The translations under genes and the position numbers were made by a program. From Octopus sinensis (taxonomy: Eukaryota), in NCBI RefSeq assembly GCF_006345805.1, contig NC_043009.1, positions 35,960,001-36,024,000 of the forward strand: 64,000 nucleotides of DNA. The letters are read 5' to 3'. Below are positions 49,687 to 63,330 of this stretch, one piece after another; the first letter of the stretch is position 1, and each line of letters opens with the position of its first letter. The notes below the pieces were generated by a model. That model made no database searches, was not told where the DNA came from, and worked only from the letters and a program-made list of their open reading frames with translations.

Positions 49687-52600
49687 CTTGTAAAGACATG
49701 TTTAACACGTACGAATATAAAAGCTTGTGATAGAACCTTTTGCTGCAGTAGTCCCTGAAGAAAAATCTAGATTCATGCAAATACATGTTGACGTCACTCC
49801 TGCCTGAAATAAAACGTATCTTTACAAAAGTTTAGAAGGAGAATTTTTTCTCGGGGTTATTCCTGTCGTGAAAGGTCTTAGTACGCCCGATTATCGTCGA
49901 AGACTTTACACGAGGTACTCCAGCATGGCCATAGTTCTTCTCTTAACTCATATCTTACAATTAGCAAAACAACACAGTTGGATCCAGTGCCATTCAGTTT
50001 GTCGTGGTTTAGGTTATTAGGAAGTAATTCCTGAGAGTAGGTTACGATTAAAAGTGCTTCCTTGAAATTTATCTCCATCTTCCAGTCATTATCACCACAT
50101 AAAAGTCTGAGTGTCAGCTACCCTATATTTACGATTCTTTGATTTCTAGATACATTGATTATTAGATATATTTTAAATTCTTCTACCAATAACTTTGAAA
50201 GCCATCAATATTCACCACAGACCAATAGTTTCTTTCTTTTCTTTATTTCACATCACTTTTATACTGATTATAAAGTCTTTTCTATTTATGACTCAGTTCA
50301 TTACTTTTCATGTACATTACTAGCGCTGTTGTTGCTGTTGTTGTTGGTGGTGGTGGTGGTGGAGGCGGTGATGGTGGTGTTCTCACCTGCCAAAACAAGT
50401 TGTTCTTCATTTCTCTAGTTCATGTCATTAGCTTTTCGTTTTCTTAATTCTGCTTGCTCTTAATTCATCTTATATATTAATGTTTATGTGTCAATCTCAG
50501 AGTTTAATATTTAAAAGACTGTAACTCTTTGTGAAACATTCAGATAATCGTCTTTTATAGTTTATAAATCAATTGCTAACGTTAACGCGTAGTTATATTA
50601 GATACCACATTTACCGTATTATGGTAGAAAACAACAGGCCACCTGGCAAGGAAAAGACTTGACCCACACATATATCGCTTGCATAACAACCTTACTGATT
50701 ACAATGCAGTCAGCTTGTTTTCTTTCTCTGCCTCAACAGATTGCAGTAAGTAATATAGATCAGTATAACTTACCATTCTTCTTAAGTATATATTCCTTAT
50801 CCGTAGATATATAAAATCTCAGGAAGATTCAGTGTTACACAGAATGTGGCAAGACTGGCTCTTTGATTTATTGGTAATGCTCACTTTCAGTGGACTGGAG
50901 TAACGGGAATATAAAATAATTCAATTTTGGAATGTTGAAACTCCAAGTATATAAAGCTATAAACAATAGAGTGTAAATAGCCTTAAAACCTTCTAGAGAA
51001 GAAAAGGGAAGGCTCTCGTTTGGATGCGAACTCATATTTTCTGTAATCAATACATAAGTTCTACAACTGGACCAAAGTAATCCTTCAAATTTCTTTATCA
51101 GCTGCACATTCTTAAAGTTTAATCGCTAATAAATAGTAGCTAATAATATTTTTTATCAAGCTCACTAGAAAATCGCAACACCTACGCCTTTTCTGGCATT
51201 GTTATTCTACGCTAGCGGAGAGTTGAATCGCTGTTGTATCTAACAGTCGACCGTCCATCAATAACATAACCAAAGATGGTCGAAAGCACGTGATCTGGTG
51301 GTGGTCTCGGCACATGAAGTGGCGGGGATTTATCTCACCGCTAGAACGCATTTTGCACCAGAATGTAACAGAATGCATTTTGCACCAAAATCCAATATAA
51401 GAGTTTTCCTAATGGCAACTATAGCAGAATAGTTTTTTTCTAACAGAGCATCCACGTTTAAGAGGAAATAAATATTCCTCTCGATATTAATACTGCCTAT
51501 GTCACTACTAAATATCTTTTAAAGGTTAGTGGACGTGTAAGGGGCATCCATCTCATCAGATGTTAGGAGAAGCGCGAAGGATTTAAGACAAATTCAAAAT
51601 GGCTACTCGGTGTTAGGCCTTTATTCGTCTGCGAAGATCACGTCGTATTAACGTTGTGAAAGCGACAACAGCTATTTTCTTTATTACATGTTTTAATGGT
51701 ACTGGGTTACAACTAAGTTTACAATGGAGTTATGATAGACACAAACACAACTACACAGCCACAAATTTACACCCCAATACATAACTTCCGAAATCCTAAT
51801 ATCTGCCCAATAGAAGGATCGAAACTCTCAAAGCTTGTAGTCTATATAGCTATCAGTCACCCTCACACCATCAGATGGCACCATAAGGAACTACACGAAC
51901 ATGACAGCTAATGATTTCTAAGGAAAGGTGTACATATCGCATACACGCCTTCAAATCTAGGGAAGGTAAAATTCCACCTCTCTTCCCACTTCATTTCGAA
52001 ACTACGCGACATCGAAATGACGTCTCAGCATGAAACGTAGTATCTTATTCATCCGAAATTCCTAACTTCCAGCTCTGTCTTTGCGAGAGATTTCACATAC
52101 TTAACCAACATGCTATATCTATCCACAAGAAGAATGAACTAACCTATTGTTGCTACCAGTGGTAAGCGCTGTTCATGAACTTCAAGCTACTGGCAGCTGA
52201 GAATCCAGATATACCACCGTAGGCCTAGCTGTCCTATACACAAAGACAGGATATTTAATCCCTTTCGCGTATATAGGCTACAGCCTACCATTGCAAATTC
52301 CAACCTCAATTATAAAGCAGCACCATCAAATTTGGTTATGTAAAGACTGCTGCCCCCCCCCCATGTCATAACACTCCACTGAACGACGAATGGGCTATAA
52401 AAGGAGGAAGACGAAGATAATGAGGGCAGTGAGAATGACGATGATTTCACATTTATTTGTTTCATTGTAACAATGTTCTTTAGTTGTCTATTTCTTTATC
52501 ATTTCATCAAGAAAAGACCATAACTCTTTTTCTAAGGCCAACTACTGTGATAGGAGAAAATGAAAATTTTATCCTTAAATCGAAGACTTGTGTTGTATGT

Positions 52601-53103
52601 TCGCAAGGAGTATATTCTTATAGATACATCCATAGGTCAAGTGTTAAAGAGGGCATGTAGAAACACACTCAATATTTTTATTTATTTAAGATCAACAATT
52701 GAAAATCCTATAAGATTGTGGTAAGGGTTTTCCTATGACATGGAATCAGAAAAGGGTTATATGCAGGTGTGTAGAGCTGCTCGATTCAGAGCGTGTGAAC
52801 CCTTAGTATCAGGCATGTGACTCGTTGCGTTTGCGTATTTGTGTTTGACTAGGTGGACCTGTGCGTACAGATATGGTTGCGTATGCAAATTGGGTAACGC
52901 TAGTCAGTGTGTGAGAGTGACTCAGTACGTATATGTTTTAGTGCTTTTTATAAATGCATGTGGTTGTGTGTGAGGCTGTGTGAGGTTGTTGTGTGAGTGC
53001 ATGTGTTAATATGTACTGGAAATGAGGTGTGACTTGGCATTGTAACAGTGTTTTTGCGTGTTCATGTGTGTTTAATTCAATCACGTGTGTAGGCCAAACA
53101 TAT

Positions 53104-53224
53104 CGAGAGTTTGCCAGGAGTATGCGAGAATTCTGTAGCGTTTAATGGGTTTGTGTATATTTACGAGAGTTTGCCAGGAGTATACGAGAATTATGTAGCG
53201 TTTAATGGGTTTGTGTATATTTAC
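53104..53224. repeat. Tandem duplication 2 x 60 bp
   Basis: CGAGAGTTTGCCAGGAGTAT(G/A)CGAGAATT(C/A)TGTAGCG... twice, 2 mismatches. Confidence 0.95.
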
Positions 53225-53434
53225 CTGAGTAAATGAAGTTGTTTTTTTTTTCTAGTTTATGTATGCATGAGTATTCCAAACATGGTAGGGTAAAAAGATA
53301 AATCTGAGAGTATAAAATTCAAGAGTAAGAGACATGTAATAAAACCGGCGGAAGGATGAGCTAACCTAATTTGTTACCAACCCGCGTGAGTGTGCGTATG
53401 TATCCACGTGTGTGTTTGTGTGTGTATAGCATGT

Positions 53435-53470
<36 letters not shown>

Positions 53471-53481
53471 TATATTATATA

Positions 53482-53524
<43 letters not shown>

Positions 53525-53540
53525 TTATATTTATTTATTC

Positions 53541-53586
<46 letters not shown>

Positions 53587-53588
<2 letters not shown>

Positions 53589-53675
53589 TGCGAAATATTC
53601 TTTTCTCTTTTTTTTCACACATAAACACGTACACACACACACACAACACACACACACACACACACTTAAAATAAA

Positions 53676-53727
<52 letters not shown>

Positions 53728-53899
53728 TACATATATATAAATAAATAAATAACTATAAATATATATATATATATTTATTTATAGTTATTTATTTATTTAT
53801 ATATATGTATTTTGTATATATATATATGTATGTATTTTATTTATGTGTGTGTGTACGTGTTTATGTGTGAAAAAAAAAGAGAAAAGAACATTTCGCAGT
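53587..53899. repeat. Spacerless palindrome (~310 bp) centred on (TA)n at ~53765
   Basis: ACTGCGAAAT(A/G)TTCTTTTCTCTTTTTTTTCACACATAAACACGTACAC... mirrored; arms differ mainly in microsatellite length. Confidence 0.85.
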
Positions 53900-54104
53900 T
53901 GCTTATGGGTTCAACGAAGTTTAAGAGTTTTGTTCAACCAAAGCACATGCGCAGTTCATGATTCACCCGCGGTTTTATTTGGAGCTGATTAGATTGCAAA
54001 ATGTTATGTCTTGCAGTAAAAATATGATGACCATCACTTAATTGAACAATATTAACTTTTAAATAATTTCTTTATAGTACACTCCACGATTTATTAACTC
54101 AGCA

Positions 54105-54107
54105 AAC

Positions 54108-54184
<77 letters not shown>

Positions 54185-54185
54185 C

Positions 54186-54275
<90 letters not shown>

Positions 54276-54994
54276 GAATAGATAGATACAACATACATAC
54301 ATACATACATACATACATACATACATACATACATACATACATACATACATACATACATACACACTCATATATACACATGCACATATATATATATGTATGC
54401 ATAATATATATGCGTGGGGTGGGGAGAAACAGGAAGCGAGATAATATGAGAAGTATCATGCGGTGTTAGTTTTGAATTCTCTTTCAGGAAAATTACAAAT
54501 TTCTTCTTATACTTATCAATTTCATTATAGAAATACTGTGGGGAATTAAAATGAATTTTGATAAAATTGATACTGTAATATCTCATTTTTTTAATAAAAT
54601 ACGATTATTGGAAAATATGAATTAAATAGAATTAAGAATAGGCAAACTGCCAAATATATTTAGTTTCCAAGAAGTTTTCAAACCTTATGATAAAAGACTA
54701 TTTTATAATTTTGAAATCAGTAGTAATGTTATTTAAACTTATAGAAGAAAATTAATTTTACAGATATAGAGCCATAGGGTTTATCGTGATATGGTTAAGA
54801 AGAAATGAAGACTCAGACTGGTGTACGGTTTGATTGATCGATGGGAGGACGGAGATGGTTAGAAACGTTGGAAAGAGAGAGACATGAAAGAGTAACTAAA
54901 CTATGCGATTAAGAAGACAGATGTGTAGGTAGGGGGTGAATGTGTATGTGCATTCATATTTATATATGGGTGTATGTGTATGTATGTATGTATG

Positions 54995-55028
<34 letters not shown>

Positions 55029-55060
55029 TGTGTATATATATATATATATATATACACGAC

Positions 55061-55099
<39 letters not shown>

Positions 55100-55175
55100 G
55101 CAGGCAGGCAGACAGGCAGGCAGACAGGCAGACAGGCAGACAGGCAAGCAGACAGGCAGGCAGACAGGCAGGCAG
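54105..55175. repeat. (GATA)n, (CATA)n, (TATG)n, (GGCA/GACA)n tracts at 54105-54365 and 54960-55175
   Basis: Directly visible. Confidence 0.9.
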
Positions 55176-56429
55176 GCAATAAATGTGTAAACAGATAAAA
55201 CAGCCTTACACATATAAATATCACATACTAAAATTTATACACTCTCTACAATATAACTATTTTGGTGTCAAAATTGATATATCGACACTGTCCGACTTTA
55301 GAATATTTGTAAAACACTCAAAAAAGTACTGCCAGAAGCTAACACAACAAACACCGATGAGATGATCACGGTTGGTGTGTCTTTGCCATAGCAGCTATAT
55401 TTTGGGGTTAAATAATAGCAGCATTTGACATTGTCATCTGGACAAAACAAAATTAGTCATGAGTCGCTGGTATTTATAACAGTCGAATGCCCATTATTGA
55501 GGAGACCAGGGGAGGTTGAAATCACCTGATCGGTGATTTCCCTGCTGGTGATATAGACAATAGTGGTTTTTGTACCAAAAACCAATATGAGAATTTCACT
55601 CATGGTATCTACTGCAGTATAGTTTTGTTCTCACAGAATTTCCACGTTTAAATGGGGATAAATATGTTCTCAAGTGAAATTAAAGAGAGTCGCTTCGAAG
55701 CTTTTTCCTTATAAATCCTTATTTTAGTTCATTGCCTGTGGCACAGGTACACATGTTAGCAAATGTTTAAGCAATAATCTTGATGGGCCTACACCTTAAA
55801 CGAGTCAATTTCCTACAATAAATTCTTGCTTTGGTCATGACCAATACAATGACAGATCTCGACATGGTTACTGTTCTTGTTGTAGCTTGTACGTTACAGT
55901 GTCTTGAGACGAGCCTTTGTGAGAGTTCAGACTAACATCGGAATCTCTAAGTGCTAGACATGTAAGCAATTAGGTTTTCCTCAAATCATAAACTGCCTTA
56001 AAATGAAATGGATTTTATACACTATGTTTGAAACTAAACGGCATTTTCCCGGTTGGAGGGCCATCAACTTTAATTCTATTCAGCCATAGCTGACCAGCAA
56101 AAACGTTTCTGGGATTCTTGAAATGCATTGGCAAATATTAGTATCAAATTGTTCAAAAATAAAGAAGACCGGCAAGGAACATTTACCTAACTAGTAGCAT
56201 CTGCAGGGGCTAATGTCATCATTTGAAATTAAAAACTCTTATATTTTATATTTCTATTCGCGTGAGAGAGTCTTACTCTAATTTTCGAAAGTGATGAATA
56301 TCGAAACATTTCTGTATTAAAAAAATTCAATGCAAATGCATGTATGCATACATACATATGCATATAAAACTACATTTCACAATATCTACTAGACCACCAG
56401 ATGCAGTTATACACCGCTAGGCACAAATG

Positions 56430-57140
56430 TGCTCCCAGTTATATTTTGGTTGCACTATTATTTTCGATTTTCACCCACATCGCTTAACAAAAATTATCTT
56501 CTTATTGTCGTGGAGGCCTTCCAAGTGGTCTACCCTGATCTCTTAGATAGCATATGGCAACTTCACGGGTCCACCTGTTGTTTGTTTACCTTGCGACATG
56601 TCCGGCCCAGCTGAACTTGCGTTTTGGTATTGCGTTGTCACATCACTCACCCTTCCCTATTCATAATTAGAATATACTCTCGTAATTATATTCCTAGCAT
56701 GGATCTTTTCATGGCCCTTTGTGTCGTAGCTAGTCGACGTTCTATCCCATTCGTAGTTGCCCACGTCTCACTTGCGTATAAGAGCGCAGGTAGGACAGTG
56801 CTATTGAAGAGCCTGGCACGTACAGCATTGTGTAGCTATGTCTTGAGCACATCATTTCTCGATGTAAATGTCTTCCATCCAACCCTTAATCGCTTTGAGA
56901 TTTCAGCCTCCATATCTCGGAGCATATTCACTGCGTGCCACAAGTTGACGTTGTCCTTTATCACCTCGATTTCATCGCTTCCCACTTCTTCCAACAACAT
57001 ATATATTATTTTCATGCAGTTGATTTTAAGACCACCTGCTAAGTTAAGAGTCTGACTGCATAAACTGCAACTGGTCTGTGGTTTCAGCGATGAGTACAAA
57101 GTCATCTGTAAATGCCCAGTCAATGTCCTTGATGACATTT
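56430..57140 (-). mobile_element. RTE-clade LINE, RT C-terminal remnant
   Basis: FTDDFVLIAET (YADD-like), GLKIN, MEAEISKRLRVGW, RLFNSTVLPALLYASETW, TQRAMKRSMLGI, RPLGRPPR. Confidence 0.85.
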
Positions 57141-57188
57141 CTAGACATGCGATAATACTACATAAAAAGGTAAAAACTCTCTTCGGTC

Positions 57189-57306
57189 ATGAATGAGCAT
57201 GGGATTGCACCTAGAAAGTTCCCCTCCGGGGCACAAGTCTGGGTGAGGTGTTTATGGAAGACCAGCAGTCGCCTATGGATACCAGCCTCCCCTCTCCATT
57301 ATGCAC
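57189..57306 (-). mobile_element. SINE C 3' fragment
   Basis: GTTTATGGAAGACCAGCAGTCGCC and ATGGGATTGCAC are the reverse complement of 30660-30770. Confidence 0.75.
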
Positions 57307-57529
57307 ACTGCCCTTGCCCGGGCACGATCTGTGGACATGCCTCTACATTTTCTCCTCGCACCGTCCCCACATTTACTCAAACTGTCTTTGCACAAGGGCC
57401 ACCCGAACTCCCGCCTTTGCCGTCAACAGGAATTAATCTTCTCTCTCCGTTCCTTTGCGCCATATGGGATCAACTCACTACCTCTCTTTATCTGACACCA
57501 ACCCCAGACGAATTGCCACACATCTCCCA

Positions 57530-58460
57530 CATTCAACTGCACCTACACACCTGGATATCGCCTACCTCGGTACCCTTACCACACACACACCACTATACAA
57601 ACACCCTTACACACTGTTCAACTCATAACTCACTTCACAGACCATTAAACACATACCGACAATCAACTTCACACTCCACACATACTAGCACTAAACACTT
57701 CTCAGCATCCATACAACACACCATTATCCACACAAATACACACCATTATCTACACTTCCACACATCATTATCCACACACTCACACACTCAATAGCGTCAC
57801 CACAAATACCACTATACGAGCAGCCCCACACGCTTTTTAACTCAGTGCATACACCATCATGCACTCTCCCACACCGGAACACAGACAATATATACATACG
57901 CACACAACACGCATAGACATAGATAACTTTCGCTCACAAACATACACTATACACATGCACACTATTTGGTCACAGACGCACACACACACACATACACGTG
58001 CACATGCTACCTGATCAAGCATACATCAACTACAACACACAACACACGCACACACATACGTTAGCCTCATACATACACACACGTTCATACGCATACTCAC
58101 ACACATGAATACGTCCATATGCGCACACGCACATACACTCAAATACACAAAACGCACCTCACTCCACACAACACATACACTAGGTTACTTGTGCACATAC
58201 ACACACATGCCCATGCGTTTTCACTCATATATGATAACCCCACACATACCCACACACGTCCATACGCACATACACGTACCTTCCAGTACATGAAATGCAT
58301 ATCACTCCACATAATGTACACACAGGTTTACTTATACACATACATACGCAGGTCCACATAATTTTCAGCTTGCTCACACATACACACACACGCACTCACC
58401 CCATTCACACATACACACTCACACACACTATTGTCACATACACACGAGCGATTGCGCAAC
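57530..58460. repeat. Degenerate CA-rich low-complexity tract
   Basis: About 900 bp of eroded (CA)n/(CAT)n. Confidence 0.8.
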
Positions 58461-58484
58461 TTATTTCGTTGGTCACCGTTATCG

Positions 58485-58568
<84 letters not shown>

Positions 58569-58683
58569 CGCCCTTTCATTCATCCTCTTTTTCCGGTCAT
58601 CTTGTCATGTTGGACCATTGAACTCGGCACATGTTAGTCTCTCAGTTTTTTTTTTTTTCTCTTTTTTCTTCTTTTTTCATCTT

Positions 58684-58800
58684 AATCCTTTCTGTCGAAG
58701 AGCGTAGGCTCGAAACATCAAAGATTTTTACGGTCTTCCCGAGCGTTAAACTAATACACCTGCTTGTTGGTATTACACCTGTCTTCGTATTTTTGTTGTC
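58684..58800 (+). ncRNA. Minimal hammerhead-like motif (U at position 6) in a PLE-type repeat
   Basis: AATCCTTT-CTGTCGA-A-GAGC-GTAG-GCTC-GAAAC-ATC-AAAGATT; helix II 4 bp; helix III ACGT appears decayed to ACAT (intact in the 43812 copy). Confidence 0.55.
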
Positions 58801-58811
58801 TGTGTGTAAGA

Positions 58812-58947
58812 ACCTTGCTTACCAATCACAGGGTTTGGGGTTTAGTCCCACTGCGTGGCACCTACCACAAGTGCCTTCTACTATGGTCTCAGGCCGACCA
58901 AAGCCTTGTGAGTGGCTTTGGTAGACGGAAACTGAAAGAAGCCTGTC

Positions 58948-58950
<3 letters not shown>
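58812..58950 (+). mobile_element. SINE B 5' half
   Basis: AGTCCCACTGCGTGGCACC...GGTAGACGGAAACTGAAAGAAGCCTGTCG, then (TA)n. Confidence 0.85.
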
Positions 58951-59032
<82 letters not shown>

Positions 59033-59069
59033 TACGATGTATGTAAACAAAGTTTGCTTTTAATAGATA

Positions 59070-60216
59070 CGAGAGAGGCGAAAATCATACGCACTCTTGT
59101 TTTTTCAATGTATTTACACAAAAACATGGGATAAACAACTACGTCATTTTTCTATATAGTCTCCTTCTTTTCTATGCACCTGGTCCAGCGGTCCACAAGT
59201 TTGCGTATTTCATCCAAAAAGAAGGTTTTCGGTTGGTCATGCAACCATTTATGCACTGCTTCCTTCACATCTTCATCCGTAGGAAATCGACGACCTCATA
59301 AACCATCTTTGAGCGGTCCAAAGATATGATAGTTGGAAGGGGCGAGATTTGGGTTGTAGGCAAAGTGTTCCAGCACCGCAAAACCCAATTGGTTGATGGT
59401 TTCAACGGTCTTGGCGACCGTGTGTGAGCGTGCATTATCATGCAACAACAAAACTTTCTTCGACAATAGGCTTCGTTCTAGTATAGGCCCTTTTGAGTCC
59501 CAAAATGGGTTAGCATACCTTCCCCGCGAAAGACTGAGTCTTAAATTTCTTCGTCGCTGACGAGCCAGGATGTTTCCTTTCCATACTCTATCTTTTGGGT
59601 TCTGTCTCATAATGATAGACCCACTTTTCATCTCCTGTGACTATTCTACATTGTAGCGATTGAGTAAACGTTGGCAGATCTCAAGACGTTTGCGCATATG
59701 CTCTGCAGCAAGCTTTCTTGGCACCCATCTTGCACAGACTTAATGGCAGTTGAGGTCATTCTGGATGATTTGAGAGGTAGAACCATGACTAATCTGCAGA
59801 AGAATGAACTACCTCATCGATGATAACTCGCCAGTTCACCATTACCATCTCTCGAGCTTGTCGAATCTTCTCGTCAGTGGTGGAGATTGATGGGCGTCCT
59901 GCTCTCTTTTTGTGCGACACGCTTGTTCGGCCACTTTTAAACTTCTCGATCTACTCATACAGACTTCTACGCGGTAGTGCACTGTCCCTGTATTGTGATA
60001 AAAGCCTCCATGAATATCAACACCTGGCACTCATTCCGACCAGAGAAATGAGATCGCTGTTCTTGTAAGCCAGTAAGAAAATTGGAGCCATTAGACTCCA
60101 ACTTCAATCATGTGACCACAACTGTACCAACTATAAGCCCACGTGCGGTGAAGGCAGTGTGATAGTAATAATGATATTTTATGGCAAAAGTGCTGATAAT
60201 GTTTTACATCTCCTTG
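59070..60216 (-). mobile_element. Mariner (DD34D) element, near full length, decayed
   Basis: VCARWVPRKL, IVTGDEKW, LLLHDNARSH, YNPNLAPSNYHIFGPLK, RRFPTDEDVKEAV; ATG at ~60091; degenerate TIRs with TA at 59068-59069 and 60217-60218. Confidence 0.9.
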
Positions 60217-60347
60217 TATATATATATATATATATATATTATATATTATATATTATATATATATATACTGTATATATATATATTTCCCTTACATTTCCAC
60301 ATGTATTTTATATTTTCTTTTGTAACATATTTCTACTATATATATAT

Positions 60348-60380
<33 letters not shown>

Positions 60381-61025
60381 GTATATGAATATATGCATAC
60401 TTATACATGCATTCATACATTCATTTTTTACATACATATTTCCATACAAGCATATGCATACATCCATGCCATTTATATACATGAATACACACCTGTACCT
60501 ACATACGTACACACACATACATACATATATATGTACGTGTATTTACATACATATACACCTATACATACATAAAAACATATGTACATGCATGCATACATAC
60601 ATGCATACATATGTACATACATCCAAGAGAGATATTGAAAGAGGTTGCTTCAATCTCAACGGTTCATTAATTTCTGTGTTGTTTGTTTATTGAACGTCGT
60701 TAGGAATGTCATTACTGGTAAATTAGAGATTACTTTAATTGCTTTCTCGCCTCCTTTTCCTCCTCCTTCTCTCCATTCTTTCCACCAACCTTGATCTTCC
60801 CAGTAAATTCAATGTACTATAATTACAAAAAAAATAAATAATTATTAATTATAAGCACTCATGAAACTTGAGAATGGGAGAGGAATTTGGTCATTAATCA
60901 TAGGGAAATAATATGTTTTTGTGTTTAAGAAGGCAACATTGCATCACATATAAAAGTGTGTTTGTGTGTGTATCTAAGTGTGTTTGTTTGCGAGTATGTG
61001 TGAGTGTATGTATCTATGTACTTAC

Positions 61026-61058
<33 letters not shown>

Positions 61059-61082
61059 CATGCCTGTATATAGATAGAGAGA

Positions 61083-61232
61083 GTCGTGGGTGTAAGAAGT
61101 TTGCTTCCCAACTACGTGGTTCCTGGTTCAATCTCACTGCGTGACACCTTAGGCAAGTGTCTTCTACTATAGCCTCGGGCCGACAAAAGTCTTGTCAATG
61201 GGCTTGGCTGATGGAAACTGAAAGAAACCTAT
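61083..61232 (+). mobile_element. SINE B 5' half
   Basis: GTAAGAAGTTTGCTTCCCAAC...CACCTTAGGCAAGTGTCTTCTACTATAGCC. Confidence 0.8.
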
Positions 61233-61241
61233 CTTATATAC

Positions 61242-61620
61242 ATGGTGGAAGCACTCTGTCGGTTACGACGACGAGGGTTCCGGTTGATCCGAATCGACGG
61301 AACAGCCTGCTCGTGAAATTAACGTGTAAGTGGCTGAGCACTCCACAGACACGTGTACCCTTAACGGGGATATTCAGCGTGACACAGAGAGTGACAAGGC
61401 CGGCCCTTTGAAATACAGGTACAACAGAAACAGGAAGTAAGAGTGAGAGAAAGTTGTGGGGAAAGAGTACAGCAGGGATCACCACCATCCCCTGCCGGAG
61501 CCTCGTGGAGCTTTAGGTGTTTTCGCTCAATAAACACTCACAATGCCCGGTCTGGGAATCGAAACCGCGATCCTATGACCGCGTGTCCACTGCCCTAACC
61601 ACTGGGCCATTGCGCCTCCA
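61242..61620 (-). mobile_element. tRNA-derived SINE, family D, well preserved
   Basis: Minus strand GGAGGCGCAATGGCCCAGTGGTTAGGGC (A box)...GGTTTCGATTCCC (B box), then ~300 nt unrelated to families A-C. Confidence 0.8.
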
Positions 61621-62006
61621 CAATATATACATGTATATACCACATTCCGGTATCAGGTCCAAGAGAATCACTCCACTGATGTTTATAATTTGCATAACGG
61701 TAATATATATTGAGTTACTTAACACTACACCTTGCATTTTTTGCTAAATACTGACGTGGTATCTTAATGACAAGCAATTTTCAGCAAAAAAAATTGTGTA
61801 ATCCTGCCAGTTAATTTATTGAAAGACGTGTATGCTTTATAAAAGCATAAAGTACCGAATATGAATGCACGTTGGTTTTGATTCCTTTAAGGCGGTTTAG
61901 ACTAATACTTAGAATGTAGTTCTGTCACGTAATGAAGGTGAAAACTAAAATAGTATCATGTGTCTTTTTTTATGTATATATAAAGTACGTGCATGAATGT
62001 GTGTGT

Positions 62007-62043
<37 letters not shown>

Positions 62044-62498
62044 GATGTCGAATGGTGTTTCTTACTCCGAAAAACAGTTCATAATCTACCGATTCGAACT
62101 AGGAAACAATACAATAAGCTCAAGACGGAAATATGTTCTGCTCACGATATGGTCGACTAAAATCCTTTAAAAATGGTTTCCAATATCGCCATAGTCAAAT
62201 AGCTGAAACCAATAAACGAATAAGGATTAAGGGACTATAAGAATGTCACGGGGCTTGTGGGGACATTGGGCACCTTAGTATGAATGCGTGTATGGTTATG
62301 TATGTTATGTATGTATGCGTATGAAGCTATATGTATGTGTGTTTACGTGTGTATATGCGTGTGTGTGAAGGTGTATTTACTTTGAAATTTATATTTAAAT
62401 GAAGATTGGCATGTACTTTACGTATATACGTGTAATGGGGGAGGGTATGGTATAGATATTCGCAGTCATGGGGTACTCCAGTTTCGATCTTCTTGCAT

Positions 62499-62596
62499 GG
62501 CATTGTAAAGAAATATCTTCAGTGGACCCATGTATTGGAAAATTGTGCATTGTAAAGAAATATCTTCAGGGGACCATGTATTGGAAAATTGTGCAA
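62499..62596. repeat. Tandem duplication 2 x ~48 bp
   Basis: GCATTGTAAAGAAATATCTTCAG(T/G)GGACC(C)ATGTATTGGAAAATTGT twice. Confidence 0.9.
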
Positions 62597-62906
62597 ACGG
62601 AAACTATGTAGAAGCCTTCCAGGTGATTTGTACCTTTGATCCATTTGGCTAGTTTTGTCATACACTGGGCTACGGTTATTCTTCCTGTAGGGTATGTTAA
62701 AGTTATCGTGGAATACTCAACCGCTCATAATGAGTAGATAACTCAGTTGATAAAAAAAACCTTATCGTTGAAAGTGATGAAAGGGAAATATATAAATATA
62801 TGTGCGTGCGTGTTTGTGTGGTGCGTAGGGAGTGCGTTCGTGCAGGCGGGCGTGTATGCACACACGATATTAACTGTGGGTTTCACGTTATTTACACAAG
62901 CATTTA

Positions 62907-63330
62907 TAGGCGTATGAGTAGCTGTGTGGTAAGTAGCTTGCTTACGAACCACATGATTCCGGGTTGAGTCCCCCTGCGTGGCACCTTGGGTAAGTGTCTT
63001 CTACTATAGCCTCGGGCCGACCAAAGCCTTGTGAGTGGATTTGGTAGACGGAAACTGAAAGAAGCCCGTCGTATGTATGTATATATATATATGTATGTAT
63101 GTGTGTGTTTGTGTGTCTGTGTTTGCCCCCACACACATACACACACACATCGCTTGACAACCGATGCTGGTGTGTTTACGTCCCCGTCACTTCGACAAAA
63201 GAGACCGATAGAATAAGTTCTGGGCTTACAAAAGAATAAATCCCGGGGTCGAGTTGCTCGATTAAAGGCGGTGCTCCAGCATGGCCGCAGTCAAAATTAC
63301 TGAAACAAGTAAAAAGAAAAAGAAAAGAAG
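62907..63330 (+). mobile_element. SINE family B, full length
   Basis: Head, CORE-like segment, internal microsatellite and tail all present. Confidence 0.9.

Noticed and set aside
49953-50110. Candidate minus-strand exon ending at ATT|GTAAGA
   Set aside because: Weak acceptor, unrecognised peptide, no partner exons found.
61540-61620. tRNA gene (also 30504-30560)
   Set aside because: A and B boxes are present, but the acceptor stem does not close and the sequence continues into a SINE body.
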